NCBI GenBank assembly: GCA_050575255.1
Contig: JBNZDD010013633.1
Span: forward strand, 833,058 to 897,057
Origin: Harriotta raleighana
Taxonomy: Eukaryota
DNA: 64,000 bases
Direction: 5' to 3'
How positions within the stretch are numbered: position 1 is the stretch's first letter; the number at the start of each line of letters is the position of its first letter. Shown here in pieces: positions 11,990 through 24,535 of the stretch. Made by a program: the position numbers and the translations under genes. The notes beneath the pieces are model-generated. The model saw only the letters and a list, made by a program, of their open reading frames with translations, was not told the DNA's origin and searched no databases.

Positions 11990-12498
11990 GATACTTCACA
12001 CCTCCACTTTAACTCAGATTTCTTACTTGCGGGTAAANNNNNNNNNGACGACCCTTTGTTAGAACTGAGGCATATTGGGAGAGAGATTTTTAAGGACAAG
12101 TTAGAGAGGGGGAGGCAGGACAAAGAAGTCAGAAAAAGAAGACAAAGGAGAAAATGTGTTAATTGATGGGTTAAAGAGGTGAAGCGGTGTGAAACAAAAA
12201 GGGGTGGGTTTAAACAAAATTGGGGAGAAGAGGTGTTAATAGTGAAGAGCAGGCAACACACCAGAGAGATAAGGATTGTTATGGGGGAGGGGGAGCTTTA
12301 GGGCTGAAATGGCTGAAATCGATGTTGAGGCCAGAGGGCTGTAGGTTCCCCAGCAGATAGATAAGGTGCTGTTCCTCAAGCTTTCACTGTGGATCATTGA
12401 ACAGCGCAGGACATCATGGATGTGCATCCACGAAGGTGCGCTGCAAATAAGAGGCATTTTGTTTCAGATTTCCAGCACCTGCAGTATTTTGTGTTTTG
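11990..12498 (-). mobile_element. Penelope-like retroelement 3' fragment (GIY-YIG C-terminus + terminal repeat) with an oppositely oriented end piece
   Basis: Minus strand 12383-12306 reads KLEEQHLIYLLGNLQPSGLNIDFSHF (PxGLN motif ending Penelope-type GIY-YIG domains); pyrimidine-rich UTR and ttctaacaaagggtc motif; + strand tttcagatttccagcacctgcagtattttg at about 12457-12491. Confidence 0.75.
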
Positions 12499-15109
12499 AT
12501 TCCATACTACTGTATTGATCTGAATGTCTAAAATCCATTGGGTTAAAAAAAACTGTTCAAATCCCTAATAAAACTGATAAGACACTTTCCCCCAACCTCT
12601 TTTTCAGCTTGGTAGCAGTTTCTTGTTACCAGTTATGCGACAACCCTGGTGATTTTCTCCCCACAAAATCCCAACCCACCAAATCCGCAGCATAGAGAGT
12701 GCTGAAGCAAATTATAGTATCCTGGCTAAATTATAATGTCCTGTAAATCAGTACAAATGAAAAGTTGAACCTGTAGTCTTTTGGTCTGTAAGGCCTTGGG
12801 CTGGGCAGGACCTCTATCCACCGGGTCCCCAGTAGAGCTATTTTAAGCCAAGCAGATGAATGTTTTGAAAACGCCCATTTCTTGGCCATGGCTAGGTGCA
12901 GTCAGCTATAAACTGGGGCTCGTGTAGGATCTTTTGGTAGACTAACTCTGCGTTTGGAAGTTTTGAAACTAACCCTTTGTGTTGCACTGTTTTGAAGATG
13001 GTGCAAATTATTTCTCTTGTTTGGGAGTGCTTTAGTCTGCTCTTGACCCATGGAACATTTTTTTCCGGGTTCTAAACAACTTTATAAATGAAATACGCCA
13101 GTACCTTATTCTTGCACAAAGTCATTTATATCCTTTCTCCTGTAAATTAAACACAAACTTCACGGTGGTTGATCACAGCTGCTAACTGCTTCAGTAAGAT
13201 CTCTGGCAGCCTTTTGTTCCCAGTTCACATCACAAGGCTTTCGCTTGGCTGAAAACCACAGAGCTCCTACACTTACATTAGCTCTGGGTAAGATAATTGT
13301 AACTGTTAAATAATATTTTTAATGATTGATTTCCAGTTGGCAGTGTGTTCCACCTACACTACTTAATCTATGAAGGTATTGAGCCTAAAGCACTCAAATT
13401 TGTAACCTCGAGTTCCAACTGTTAACTCCTGTCAGTAGCCAGATGTGTGTCTCACTGACCCATAGGAAGTGCACTCTGACCTAATCTATGTCTGGTGGCA
13501 TTGGGGTGGAATTCCCAGGAATCGGTGTGCTGTAATGTCTGGTTACCGTTCATAAATCCATTGTGAATCACCACAGTTAGATGCCATGAACAAGAAATGG
13601 GCAGGAAAAACATTTGTGCTTTTTTTTTAACAATGGCCAGATCAGAATACTGTACAGAGGATACTGTCACAAAATAATAGTACTAATAATCCTTGCGTTT
13701 GATATATGATGAACATATTTAGAAAATGTAGATATCACTGATTCCGGACTTCAATTGGAAATACCCAGATGAGAAAGATTCTCAATTTAGCAATACAATA
13801 AATACATGACTGCTTCTGATTCAGTGTGTCAGAGAGCCTGGGGGGGGCTGTTCTCTCCCTGACCCAAACACTATTCAAAAAAAAATACTGAAACTATTGT
13901 TAATACTCAAACTGTTGTTGAGTAACTAGGCTATAGCTCAAAAATATTCAGTCTGATTTGAATGTACCCAATTGTACATATACTTCAGGGGAATGAGGGC
14001 TGAGCTCGATAATGTAGGGAACAACTGGAGGATAAATTAATTGAGAATACAGTACATGGAAATCTCTCAACCACATTATGTGTAACTCATAGCACTGGAC
14101 CACACTGAAATGCAATAGGAGCAACATTAAACAAAGAGTGCCCCAAATGATCAAAAAGAAAATTTAAAGGGGAATTAGCAAGAAAGAATGAGTTTCAGAG
14201 GTTTTGAAGAGAGAGAATGCACATTTGGTGAGTGTAAGATTACACAAAGGAAATTTTATAAAAGAGATTATGCGAGCCAAGTCAAACATGGCAGCAAATG
14301 TAAAATGTAATGTCAAAAATTTCTTCCAACATTAAAAATAATATATGGTAATCCTTGCATTTGATACAGCAGCTGTAGCATTGAAATATCTCAAAGCATT
14401 TCACAGGTTATTGCTGTAAAATGAAATGACTATTTGTAGATGAATGAAGCATCGGGCTGTGCTATATAAGGTCATTCATGAAGTGAATGACAGCTTGTCT
14501 GAGATGATTGTTACCCACGACACTGGGAGAAATGATATGAAGGTCAGAGAAGAAATTGAAACCCTAAAGCACCAAAGTGTTTTTAAGATGAGGAAAGCCG
14601 GAAGGTAGTAGTCATATTAAATGACTCCTTTTTGGATTTGTTTTGAAACTAGCGAAGGCACAACAAAAGCTTTTCAGTACTCAGTACACATTACTCGAGA
14701 GTTGCTGTTTGAAATTAATAAATGGATGTTTCAGAAAGACTTAAGCGACTGAAAACCAAAAAACTGTGACATTAATTAACTGTATCTCACGAGTACTCAG
14801 AGTGACAAAGCAGATTTATGAAGCACTGGCAATTAATCTGAGGATTCCAATCAAGGATAGTACATGTTATGGATAACTAAATAATAAATAAATTATAAAT
14901 AATTAAATAAACAAAGAATAGTGCTGTATGTGATCATGAATAGCGATGTGTCCAAGGGGAGTTTTATGGAAGTTTATACAATGCTAAATAAGATTGATAA
15001 AATAAAATTGGAACAATATTTTATATCAAGGCAGGAGAACAAGTGGATAAAGATTCAGGTTTGTGTAGGGTATTTTTTGGATAGATACCAGGAAGTCATT
15101 CTTTATGAT

Positions 15110-15327
15110 ATAATAATCCTTGCATTTGATATAGCGTTTCTCATGTCTTCTAAACATCTCCAAAGTGCTTCACAGAATATATTGTAAAGTGAATTGACTG
15201 TATATATTTGTGGGCGAAATGTAGTAGCCCAATTGCACACAGTAGTATCCCTTAAATAGTTGTGGATTGAGTGACTAATTTATTTTTTGTAAGGAATTAT
15301 TAACCCAGGAAAAATTATCTGCCAATC
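15110..15327 (-). mobile_element. SINE 3' part, long variant
   Basis: Tail and body match the family; followed by an opposite-strand tail fragment at about 15330-15388. Confidence 0.85.
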
Positions 15328-16785
15328 AGTAGTATATTGTGTGAAGCGCTTTGAGATGTCTAGAAGATGCGAAAAGTACTCTTATCAAAAGGCTGCTGAA
15401 ACGTTAGCAAATAGCTGAGATCAGCAAGTGGGAAATGTGGGCTTTGTAATTGTTCTGGCACTAAATATTTACAGCTCGAATAAAAATGTGATACATAGAG
15501 GAAGAAAGCAACATGATACAAATGAAAACTGAATCCTACAAGCCCTCAGAACTGTTTTGGTCAGTTTGAATAGTTTGCATATTTTTCCATTTCCTGCTTT
15601 GAAAACTATTATTAGCATGTGGGTGAGGGTGTTGGCATGTAGGTGGCTTGACTTTCAGGGTTTGTGGCTACATGAGATCAGTTACTCTTTTTTCATAGTC
15701 TAAGGTTAATGCTTGAGGAACAAACCCATGTTACTCATTTGGCTGTAGCCTAACTGAGATGACGGTTTTGCGGGACATTACAACAAGCACTTTGAATGGC
15801 TTACGCTAAGAAATGTTAGCAAGTGTATGTTCTCACACCTGCAGCATTTGATTGCACCAGGGAATTCAGGAGACTATTGCAAAATCTATCAAAGCTTTAC
15901 ATTTTAAACTAGGTCAATCAATATAATTCATTAATATTGGCTTCTTTTTGTGGCAGAACAAGCTTTAACTTTAAAAGTTCTGTCAAGGTGGGATTATTAT
16001 TTTTTCTGTTGGAAATATGGAAATTCAGAATTTCTTCTGCACTATGGTTTCTCTGCTCTCTGCCCTACTCTTGAAGTTTAAACAAACCCTTCAATTTGGG
16101 AGTTGCTGCTAAGATCAAGCATAACATGCTGCTTTGGGAACCAACAGCCTGAATCAACGTTGTTGATAAAAAGAAAAATCTGTCTTTTTTTTTCTAATGA
16201 AACAAATCAAAATGCTGTATGTAACCAAGGCCAAGTTAACACAACCAGCTTGTGAACATTTTTTTGAAAGGTTTTGAAATACAAAAAAATCTTTTTCACA
16301 GATTAATGCAGTACTGGTTATGCAAGTTTTCATTCTCTGAGAAGGTAATGTGTTTCTTTACTTGGCACTGAATAATGGCCAATTAAATTTGATGTAAGTG
16401 AGACTTTTAATAACCTTGGGCATTATTCCAACAACCTATTGTTGGACGCATTGATTTATTTCCTTGACTAGAGACGACTGTAGAGTGTGTGCAATTGAAA
16501 AGTCGTGATCCTTAAGACTGACCCAGGGATGGTCTTTTAGGACAAACCTGAAGTCTGTGTGTAAGGGATTGCTTAATGAAGCCCTGATCTACATGGGTTT
16601 TTGTTTGCTATCTGGACTGAGCTAGCTGATCTGTGATCTCCTCATCAGATTTGCATTACTGTAATTAAAATAGGATTTAGCAAATTATTTAAAAACTGGT
16701 AAATTGTGGAAATGCGTTTTTAGGGATGGGATGTTAAATTGAAGTTCTGTCTACCTGTTCAGTGTATAAAGCATTGAAAACAATG

Positions 16786-16857
16786 ACTGTCCAGAGCCTT
16801 GGGACATCCTCCTGACATGAAAGGCGCTACACAAATGTAATTTTGTTGTTGTTGTTG
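16786..16857 (+). mobile_element. L2 LINE, extreme 3' end only
   Basis: gactgtccagagccttgggacatcctcctgacatgaaaggcgctacacaaatgtaatttt(gtt)n. Confidence 0.85.
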
Positions 16858-16865
16858 AGTTAATC

Positions 16866-17096
16866 AATAACAACAACTTCAATTTATATAGCGCTCTCCA
16901 CAACGGACGGCGTCTCAGAGCGCTTCACAATAACAGATCCTGGGGGCAAGCCAGGGGCAAGGGGAGAAAGGTGACGAAAAGCGCGGTCGAAGAGAAAGAT
17001 CTTTAGCCGAGATCTGAAACTGGGCAGAGAGGGCGAGAAGCGAAGGGAGTGAGTAAGGGAGTTCCAGAGCCTCGGGGCAAAGTGACTGAAGAGCAA
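16866..17096 (-). mobile_element. Second L2 family, 3' fragment
   Basis: Reads FSHFAPRLWNSL...SFRSRLKIFLFDRAF; distinct 3' end gtgaagcgctctgagacgccgtc...gcgctatataaattgaagttgttg, shared with 58460-58968. Confidence 0.8.
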
Positions 17097-17461
17097 GTGG
17101 AAAGTGTCTTATATGCAGTGATATTCCCCTCGTGTGTTTGATTTACAACAACTTGCAATTCTATACTGCTTTTCACACTGGGTAATAACTCTGAGAACTG
17201 CAGAACTATGAGGTTGGAATTGGGAGAGAGTTGAGGTTGCCATAGGCGCTTTCAAAGGTGTAGGATTTGAGGTGGGTCTTAAAGACACCAACATCAGCTT
17301 ACATTTATTTAGCAGAAAGAGAGGGGGCAAAGCAGAGTGTTAAAGGGAGGAGTTTCCAGAGATTACAGATATTTTGTAGTCCCACCAGCTGCCACAATTA
17401 CACTGCTACCTTGATGATCCTGACCAAATGTTGAGAATGAACCCCTTCCAACAATGCTCTG

Positions 17462-18020
17462 TGGCAGTGAGTAAAGCAAGCCAAAATAGGGAGGTATTCC
17501 TGCCGCTGTGTGAATCGTTGGTGAGACCATACTTAAGAATATTATGTACAGTTCTGGTCGCTGAAGTACAAAAAGGATATTGGAAAAATCGAGAAAATAC
17601 AGAGTAGAGAATGGAGGGACTGGACTATGTGCATGTTCCCACTAGAAAAGAGAAGAATGAGAGGCAACCTGATTGATGTCTTTAAGATTCTAAAGGCATA
17701 TAGATCATGACAAGCTGTTTTAACACTTTCTGAATAGTAATGTCAAAGTCACGGCCTGCAATTGAATGGGGATAAATTCAGAATGAATCTACGCAAACAC
17801 TATTTTAGTGAGCAAAGAGTGAACCTGTGTAACAGGCTCCCTAGGGAGATAGTTGAAGCAGGAAGTGTTGATTCTTTCAAACACAGATTCAGTAGTTTTC
17901 TTTTAGGAATTAACATTATGGGATGTAGTACATAGGTGGTTCGGGACATATGTGCATGTGATCATCAAGAAGGTGGAAAGCGAACTACATAGACCTTGGC
18001 CTTTTTTCTTCTAGCATGTC
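17462..18020 (+). mobile_element. CR1-clade LINE 3' fragment, degenerate
   Basis: Motifs LVRP.L.Y..QFWS.KYKKDI, LEKRRMRGNLIDVFKILKG, VN..NRLP; ends in a (TTCTTACA)n-type tail. Confidence 0.8.
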
Positions 18021-18461
18021 TTACATTCTTACATTCTTATGAGGTGAAACAAAATAAAAGCTTTCAGATGTACATTAAGAGGCTGTCTGGAGATTGTCAC
18101 CATAGAAATATTCAGCACAGAAGAGGCCATTCAGCCCATCCTACCAATGCTGGCTTCCTGAAAGAGTAATTCACTAAGTCCCGTTCCCTGCATTTTCCCC
18201 TCTTGTTTCTGGAGTTTTTGTTCCATGGTTGTAAAACCAGTAATAACCAAGGAGTTCCTGGCTTTTAGAAGGGAGGGTTGGTGGTGAGATCAGCATGTCC
18301 CATCAATGATTGCCAGCTGACTTCAAGTTACGGTTTTGAGATTCTCCTCTGTCAACTGATTTATTTTTGTAGCCGATTTCAAAAGCTGAAACCTTTTTTT
18401 TAATGGTGTGAGGTTATTATTTTAAAGATTTAGGTGACCCAATACCATTTTGACTAGCCAT

Positions 18462-18778
18462 GGGGTCCTGTAACTTAGTGGTTAGAGCACTCGCCTTACA
18501 AGCGTGAGAACTGTGTTCAAATCCAGGCAGATCAGGGCAAAATCTTGGGCAAGTTTCCTTACTCCACATGCCTAATAATAATCCCTCCAAAAAAACCACA
18601 ATAATAAAATCGGTCATTTCAATCCACGACTGTTTGTGGGACACTGCTGTGCGCAATTGGTTGCCGCGTTCCGCCCACAGTCAATTCACTTTACAGTATA
18701 TTCTGTGAAGCACTTTGGGACGTCGATAAGATGTGAAAAGCGCTATATCAAATACAAGGATTATTATTATTATTATTA
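18462..18778 (+). mobile_element. tRNA-derived SINE, full length, short variant
   Basis: Head, GTTCAAATCC B box, body and (ATT)n tail all present. Confidence 0.9.
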
Positions 18779-18782
18779 TATA

Positions 18783-19052
18783 CAAGAGTCCTGGGTTTGA
18801 TTCCAGGTAGGGAGAAACCTTGGGGACGTTTTCTTACTCCACATGCCTGATAATAATCCCTCAAAAAAACAATGATAACTTGGTCATTTCAATCACGACT
18901 GTTTGTGGGACTGTTTGTGCTGTGCGCAATTGGATACCACATTTTGCACACAAATATGCAGTCAATTTACTTTCCAGTAGATTCTGTGATGCGTTTTAAG
19001 ACTTCTAGAAGATGTGAAAAGCACTATACCAAATGCAAGGATTATTATTATT
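18783..19052 (+). mobile_element. tRNA-derived SINE lacking the A box, head-to-tail with the previous copy
   Basis: Starts at caagagtcctgggtttgattcc immediately after the upstream tail; full body and tail. Confidence 0.88.
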
Positions 19053-20104
19053 AGGTGGAGGACTTTTTATATTACTTGTATTTTAGAAATTCCAGACTTT
19101 ACTGAGAGGAGGTTTTACTTGTTTGTTTATGTAGCATTCACCAGTGTCATTCATTGCTAGCTGGCAGTCACTAATCTTCATCAGTGTTCTCTTCCCTGAT
19201 GGCTGGATTGCCTGGATGTAACTGATGCAGGCAATGTTATACTACCATAGCACATTGAGTTTGGTTACTGCAGTACATTACTCCATTATCCTGCTCATAT
19301 CAAACACCGACCTGTATGTACATTGTTGAATATGCTGAGCCTTTTAAGGTTGACATGCAGAGTAATGTACAGTGTGTACACTTGTGGAAACTGCTGACCT
19401 TAATTGAATGTTATCACTACCAGACTTGGTCTGGCTGGGGTTGGGGGAAGGCAAAACTTGAGACACTATAGGGAAAATGTGTGTGTTTATATATACTTAC
19501 TTAGCACTTTTATGTGTGTGTGTGTAATGTGTAACTTACAAAAAAAAAATCCTCTCCAGGTTTCTTACCTTTCCCCTGCTGTGTCCCATTCCCAGGCAAG
19601 AGGCCAGTCATATACAACCTGAGCTCCGGCTTCTACCAGCATTGCTTTGTGTCTGCTTTTCACATCTGAAAGTATTTGTGCTTCATTAGAGTGTGCTAAT
19701 AATGAACTGCTTCAACACTTTAAAAACAGATACTGTACTTGTAAAAATTCACAAATATATTGTTATTGCTTAAAGCACTTGAAAGCGATGAAATAATTAT
19801 CTAGATCAGGTCTAGGTATCTCATGGACCACGTATCTATGCAACTCAGTGATTGAATAGGTCACTTCAATAAAATCTGTACCATAGCTTTCTCGTAGTCC
19901 ATTGGGTTTCTCAGAAAGTGGTGGTTAACTTTGGGGTTAGATATCTTTATAAAGAGCCAGGCAATGGTCAAGTCTACAAGAGACATCCACAGAATGTGTG
20001 GTCCAATAGCTGCATTAATGTGTTTTGTTTTTCATTTAATGTATGATCAGATTGCATAATTTTTAACTTGGCACTTACATTTGTTCCTTTTTTTTGCCTT
20101 ACAG

Positions 20105-20222
20105 GAGAAGCAAAGAACATGCCTCCCTATCCAGGACCAAATAAAATGAGAGACTGCTACTGTACAGTGAATCTGGATCAAGAGGAGGTTTTCAGGACCA
20201 AAATAGTGGAGAAATCCTTATG
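20105..20222 (+). CDS. RASA3: RASA3 coding exon (human exon 2 equivalent), N-terminal part of C2A domain
   Basis: Polypyrimidine tract + cag acceptor (ends 20104); 118 nt, phase 1 to 2; reads (G)[38 protein letters not shown](C), near-identical to recalled human RASA3 [40 protein letters not shown]; donor TG|gtacaa. Confidence 0.96.
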
Positions 20223-21758
20223 GTACAAACTCTTAATTCAGTTCTGTTCTTTGTGTTAATTACTAAAGTACTGCTGGCCACTAAAGTGGGACAAAATCTT
20301 TGCCACAATTATTCTGGTGTATATCAACAGCTTGCATTGCATGGCACCTTTCACTTTGGATGAACGTCTCAAAGTGCTTAACAGATATATTTGAGAGCGT
20401 CAAGCAGGGAGAGTGAGATTTAATAATGTCAACAAAAAAGCACAATTGAAGAACTATGTTTTTAAGAGGGTTTTGGAGATACTCTAACATTAGAGTAAAA
20501 GTTTAATAGATTAAAATTAGCCAGTGTATATCCTGGAATTTGCTGTCTTTAGATACCGACTATCTGCAACTACAGGATCTCTTTACTTTTTGCTCATTAC
20601 TTCTGCATCAACTATTCCAGGTTATCCTTGTTTGTGGCACCCCTTCCCACTCCTTTCACCTTCCCCATGCTTTGCATTCTATTTGTATTGCGGAAGAAAA
20701 AAAATCTCCCAATTGACAACAGAATTTGATCACAGTTGGTGTCATGTACAGTACATGAGATTTATGTAAAACAGCTTTCCATCCTGAATTGATTTTACTT
20801 TGCGCTATCTATCCCTCCTTTTTATCCACCAAAAGCATTTTCAATCCCTTTGAGTGTGTGAATTATGGAGGAATCACAGCTGAGCCAAACATGTTCTCAT
20901 CATTCATGGACTCTTCAAGAAAAATAAACTATGTTGCTTCTGCTGTTTAATGCACTGCATGGTTTTGGATGTTAGTTTGGTCTGTGTATAGCTCAGGACT
21001 CAGTCTGTTTTGAGCTGCCATTTCGACATCTTTCTGTATCACTGTCCCTAACTTCTAAAACCCATAGTTTCTGCAATTCTTGGACTACTCCTGTTCTACT
21101 GCTTTTCTAGTATTAGTGTGGCATCCTGTGGGGCATGGACCAAACCCCAAATGTCAGTGTAAAACGGGTAAGTGTACATTGGAGCAGAGCTTGTGGAGTA
21201 GGAGGTCTTGCATGGACAAGCATGGCCAGTAACATTTCTCATTTCTAACGTACTGTATTTTGCTCATCGTTGTTTGTTATTAACAGAGAAATCTATACGC
21301 TTACTTGTGTGTCTCACAAACCCCATGTTTTATACTCTAGTACCGTTACTGAACCATGAAAACAGGCATTTGTGTACAGCTACCTTTGATTCACAAACAT
21401 GAGGTCCAGATCAAGTTACTTCTTGAAATTGAGAAGATTAGTCAATTATTAGGGGGTGAAACAGTTATATCAGACATTGGGCAGATTCACCATGACTTTT
21501 TTGTCAGTCAGGTGTCTGGCATATGCAGAAACCCATCATTATGCTCAAGAGTATCCAAACCAAACTGAAAATTCCATGCATTCCACTTACATAGAAGTTC
21601 CAGTGATAAGTAAGAGGATTCCCCACCCCAGTGACTGCCCTTCAAAATCCTGCCAATGACCCAGGCTGGCTGTGCTGTCATCAGTAATGCCCTGGATCAC
21701 TGCTGACCCGTTTGGCTCAGGAACCTATCTTGTGAGTCTGCCATAGAGGGTTGGCTCT

Positions 21759-22072
21759 GGAGTCCAGTAGCTCAGTGGTTAGAGCACTCACCTTACAAGC
21801 GAGAGACCCAGGTTGGATTCCATCTAGGGTTAAACCTTGGCAAGTTTTCTTTTTCCAAACTCCTGATAATCCTTGAAAATAATCCCTGAAAAAAATAGTA
21901 AATTGGTCATTTCAGTCAATGACTGTGGGACAATGCTGTGTGCAATTGGCTGCCATGTTTTGCCCACATTTTTAATGTCAATTCACTTTGCAGTATATTC
22001 TGTGAAGCGTTTTGATCTAGAAGACGTGAAAAGCTCTATATCAAATGCAAGGATTATTATTTTATTATTATT
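21759..22072 (+). mobile_element. tRNA-derived SINE, full length, short variant
   Basis: GGAGTCCAGTAGCTCAGTGGTTAGAGCACTC head through to the (ATT)n tail. Confidence 0.9.
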
Positions 22073-22213
22073 GACAGTAGTATAAAAATGTGCCTATACA
22101 ATTTAGCCAAAACAGTAGGCATTTCGAATTGCATTCTGACAATCTCTTCACTTTGTTCACTGTTTTGAAAAGAAGAGTGGTTCCTGATATCTTGGCCAAC
22201 AATCTACCAAATT

Positions 22214-22557
22214 CAGTAAAACCTTGTTTATCCGTGACCCGATCAACCGGATTGCTCGACCCCCTCCCGGGGCAATTCCCCATTCCAGGAATCGCGAGTT
22301 TACTCATGCATGCATGCAATGCGTGTGCATGCGCACTTACTAAATTTACGCACTTGTGTTTTTTACCGAGTGTGCTGGAATGCTTTATTGGTAAGTATCC
22401 ATACAATATTATTTTACTGTGTAGTGTATTATTAACATGGTACGTTTTAAAATAAGTTAATTTTTTATGTTGGGTTTTCAGCAACTTGCCCCCCATTTAT
22501 CCGGCACAGTCAATTAGTCGACCCCCCCAAGTGTGCCTCATAAATAAGGTTTTACTG
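22214..22557. mobile_element. pogo/Tigger-type MITE, 344 bp
   Basis: TIRs CAGTAAAACCTTGTTTAT / ATAAATAAGGTTTTACTG; interior similar to 24208-24535; flanked by TT on both sides. Confidence 0.9.
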
Positions 22558-22890
22558 TTTTAGGAAAAAGTCATTAATAACTGTTTGTAGAACATTGCTA
22601 TCTGCAAATTGGTTTCTGCATTCACTTACACCCAGTAATAACACTAAACAAATCTCTGTGAAGTACTTTTGACACATTTCAGTACCATAGGTTGCTACAT
22701 CAAATGTGAGATTACTTTTATTATTTGACTTTGAGATTTTTCACTATTCAGTGCTGTTTCTCATTTTCATACTTTAATCTGTTTTTTCTGTTGTTTTGGA
22801 AAACAATCATAAAAATAATAAGCCTTTCATTTGAAATGATGTCTTATCATGTTTTAAGACATCTCAAATGGAAAAAAAACAAAGAGCCTT

Positions 22891-22958
22891 CAACAATAAC
22901 AACAAAATTACATTTATAAAGCACCTTTCATATCGGGAGGACGTCCCAAGCCGCTGAA
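22891..22958 (-). mobile_element. L2 LINE, extreme 3' end only
   Basis: caacaataacaacaaaattacatttataaagcacctttcatatcgggaggacgtcccaagccgctg. Confidence 0.85.
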
Positions 22959-24207
22959 TTTAGGTGCTATATAGCATGAATTTAACCGATTTTAAGTCAA
23001 ATTTCCTTCTTTAATAAAACATATGGGTATATTCCCACTCAGGTAGTTAAAGAAATAGAAATTTCAGACAAAGAAGCCATTCAACCCATGGTCCTGTACT
23101 TGAGCTGCATATTGAAAGGCAGAATTCTGAATTATTGTGTTGACCGTGTAAGCGGGTGGGATGAGTGATTCAGATGTTTTGCTTCAGGTTCTGTGGTTAC
23201 CATTAGACATCTGCGTGCTACTGTACAGAATTTGTGAGATGGATACAAGATGTACAAGGCAAGGGGACTAGTGTCATTTGCTCCACGATAATGAAAATTC
23301 AAAAGCAGAGATACGCAACATAATATCTGTCTACATTCTTCAATCTCTTCTTTAATTCTTCTGAAGTAAACAGAAAAAAACCCACATTTAGTCTCACAGG
23401 ACAGTGAACTATAGAAATGACAAAGGCATTGTCACTTCCTGACAACATTTCTGAATTTGGGAATTTCATATTTGGAATCGGTTTAGTGCTTGTATCAGGG
23501 TGGACCATATTCCAAACTTGTAGTTAACCTTTTCAAGATGGAAATTGTGTTTAAAAATAAACATAGGTATTTATCAGCAGATTGGTGTCAGAATAAAGAA
23601 CCAAAATGTCTCTGAAAGAGGTATTGGTTCTCGTCTGTAAATTAAATGTATTACAGTATTTTGTAGACATGGTCATCAACTACAGAATAAGAAGACCCAA
23701 TTCTTTCTTTCAAAATGCATATCAATTGCAGGTTTTAGATATGGAAGGAGGGCTGTGAGTGTTGGGGGAGGTGTGGTTGGGTGAGGGTGGGGGTGGGGCG
23801 GGGTGGGGTAAGGCAAACTGGATGGAAAAGGGAGGAAGAGCCTACTTGACAGAATGAAGGATTGTGGATGAATGATGCAGATCTTCCCAGGACCAGTTGT
23901 TCATGAGTTGTACGTGGATATAACTTGGATTCTCTCTTTCCTCAGATATTCATATGGTTGTGGGAAATGTGACTTCTATTTTTAAAATAAAACTGGATGT
24001 GTGGCCTCAAATGATAAGCAAAAAATGTAAAGATTGTTTGAAGAATGCCCTTTGTTTAGTGACATACTACAATGCTGCCCCTTGAATCCCACTCTGTTGA
24101 AAACCACACCACTGACAGAGAAGTACTAGACATTACTTTACTGTTGTCTTTCGGATCTAAACTTCTAGACAGGAGTTTTAGTTTTGCTACAAGAGATGAT
24201 TATTGTA

Positions 24208-24535
24208 CAGTAAAACCCCATTCATCCATGACCCGATCAACCAGATTGCACAACCCCCTCCCGGGGCAATTCCCCATTCCAAAATCGCGAGTTTGCTCAC
24301 TTTGTGCATGTGTGCAATGCGTGCGCATGCGCACTTAGTAAACTTAAGAACTTGGGTTACCAATCAAGTATTCCGGCTTGATTGGTAAGTATTCACACAA
24401 TATTCTGGTACTTTTTAGTCTATTATTAACATGGTATGTTTTGAAATAAGTTAACNACCCCCCCCCCCCCCCCCGCCCCCCCCCCCCCCCCCCCCCCGCG
24501 CCCCCCGAGTGTGCCAGATAAACAGGGTTTTACTG
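24208..24535. mobile_element. pogo/Tigger-type MITE
   Basis: TA-CAGTAAAACCC...GGGTTTTACTG-TA; contains an n at 24456 and a low-quality poly-C run. Confidence 0.9.

Noticed and set aside
20102-20110. Tandem acceptor cagGAGAAG (NAGNAG)
   Set aside because: GAG is a rarely used acceptor and the proximal CAG restores the conserved G-E-A-K; no evidence of use
20068-20259. 63-aa ORF as a standalone gene
   Set aside because: It is RASA3 exon 2 read through its flanking intron sequence
24456-24506. Long poly-C tract as a functional element
   Set aside because: It follows an n and replaces sequence present in the sister MITE; probably low-quality sequence
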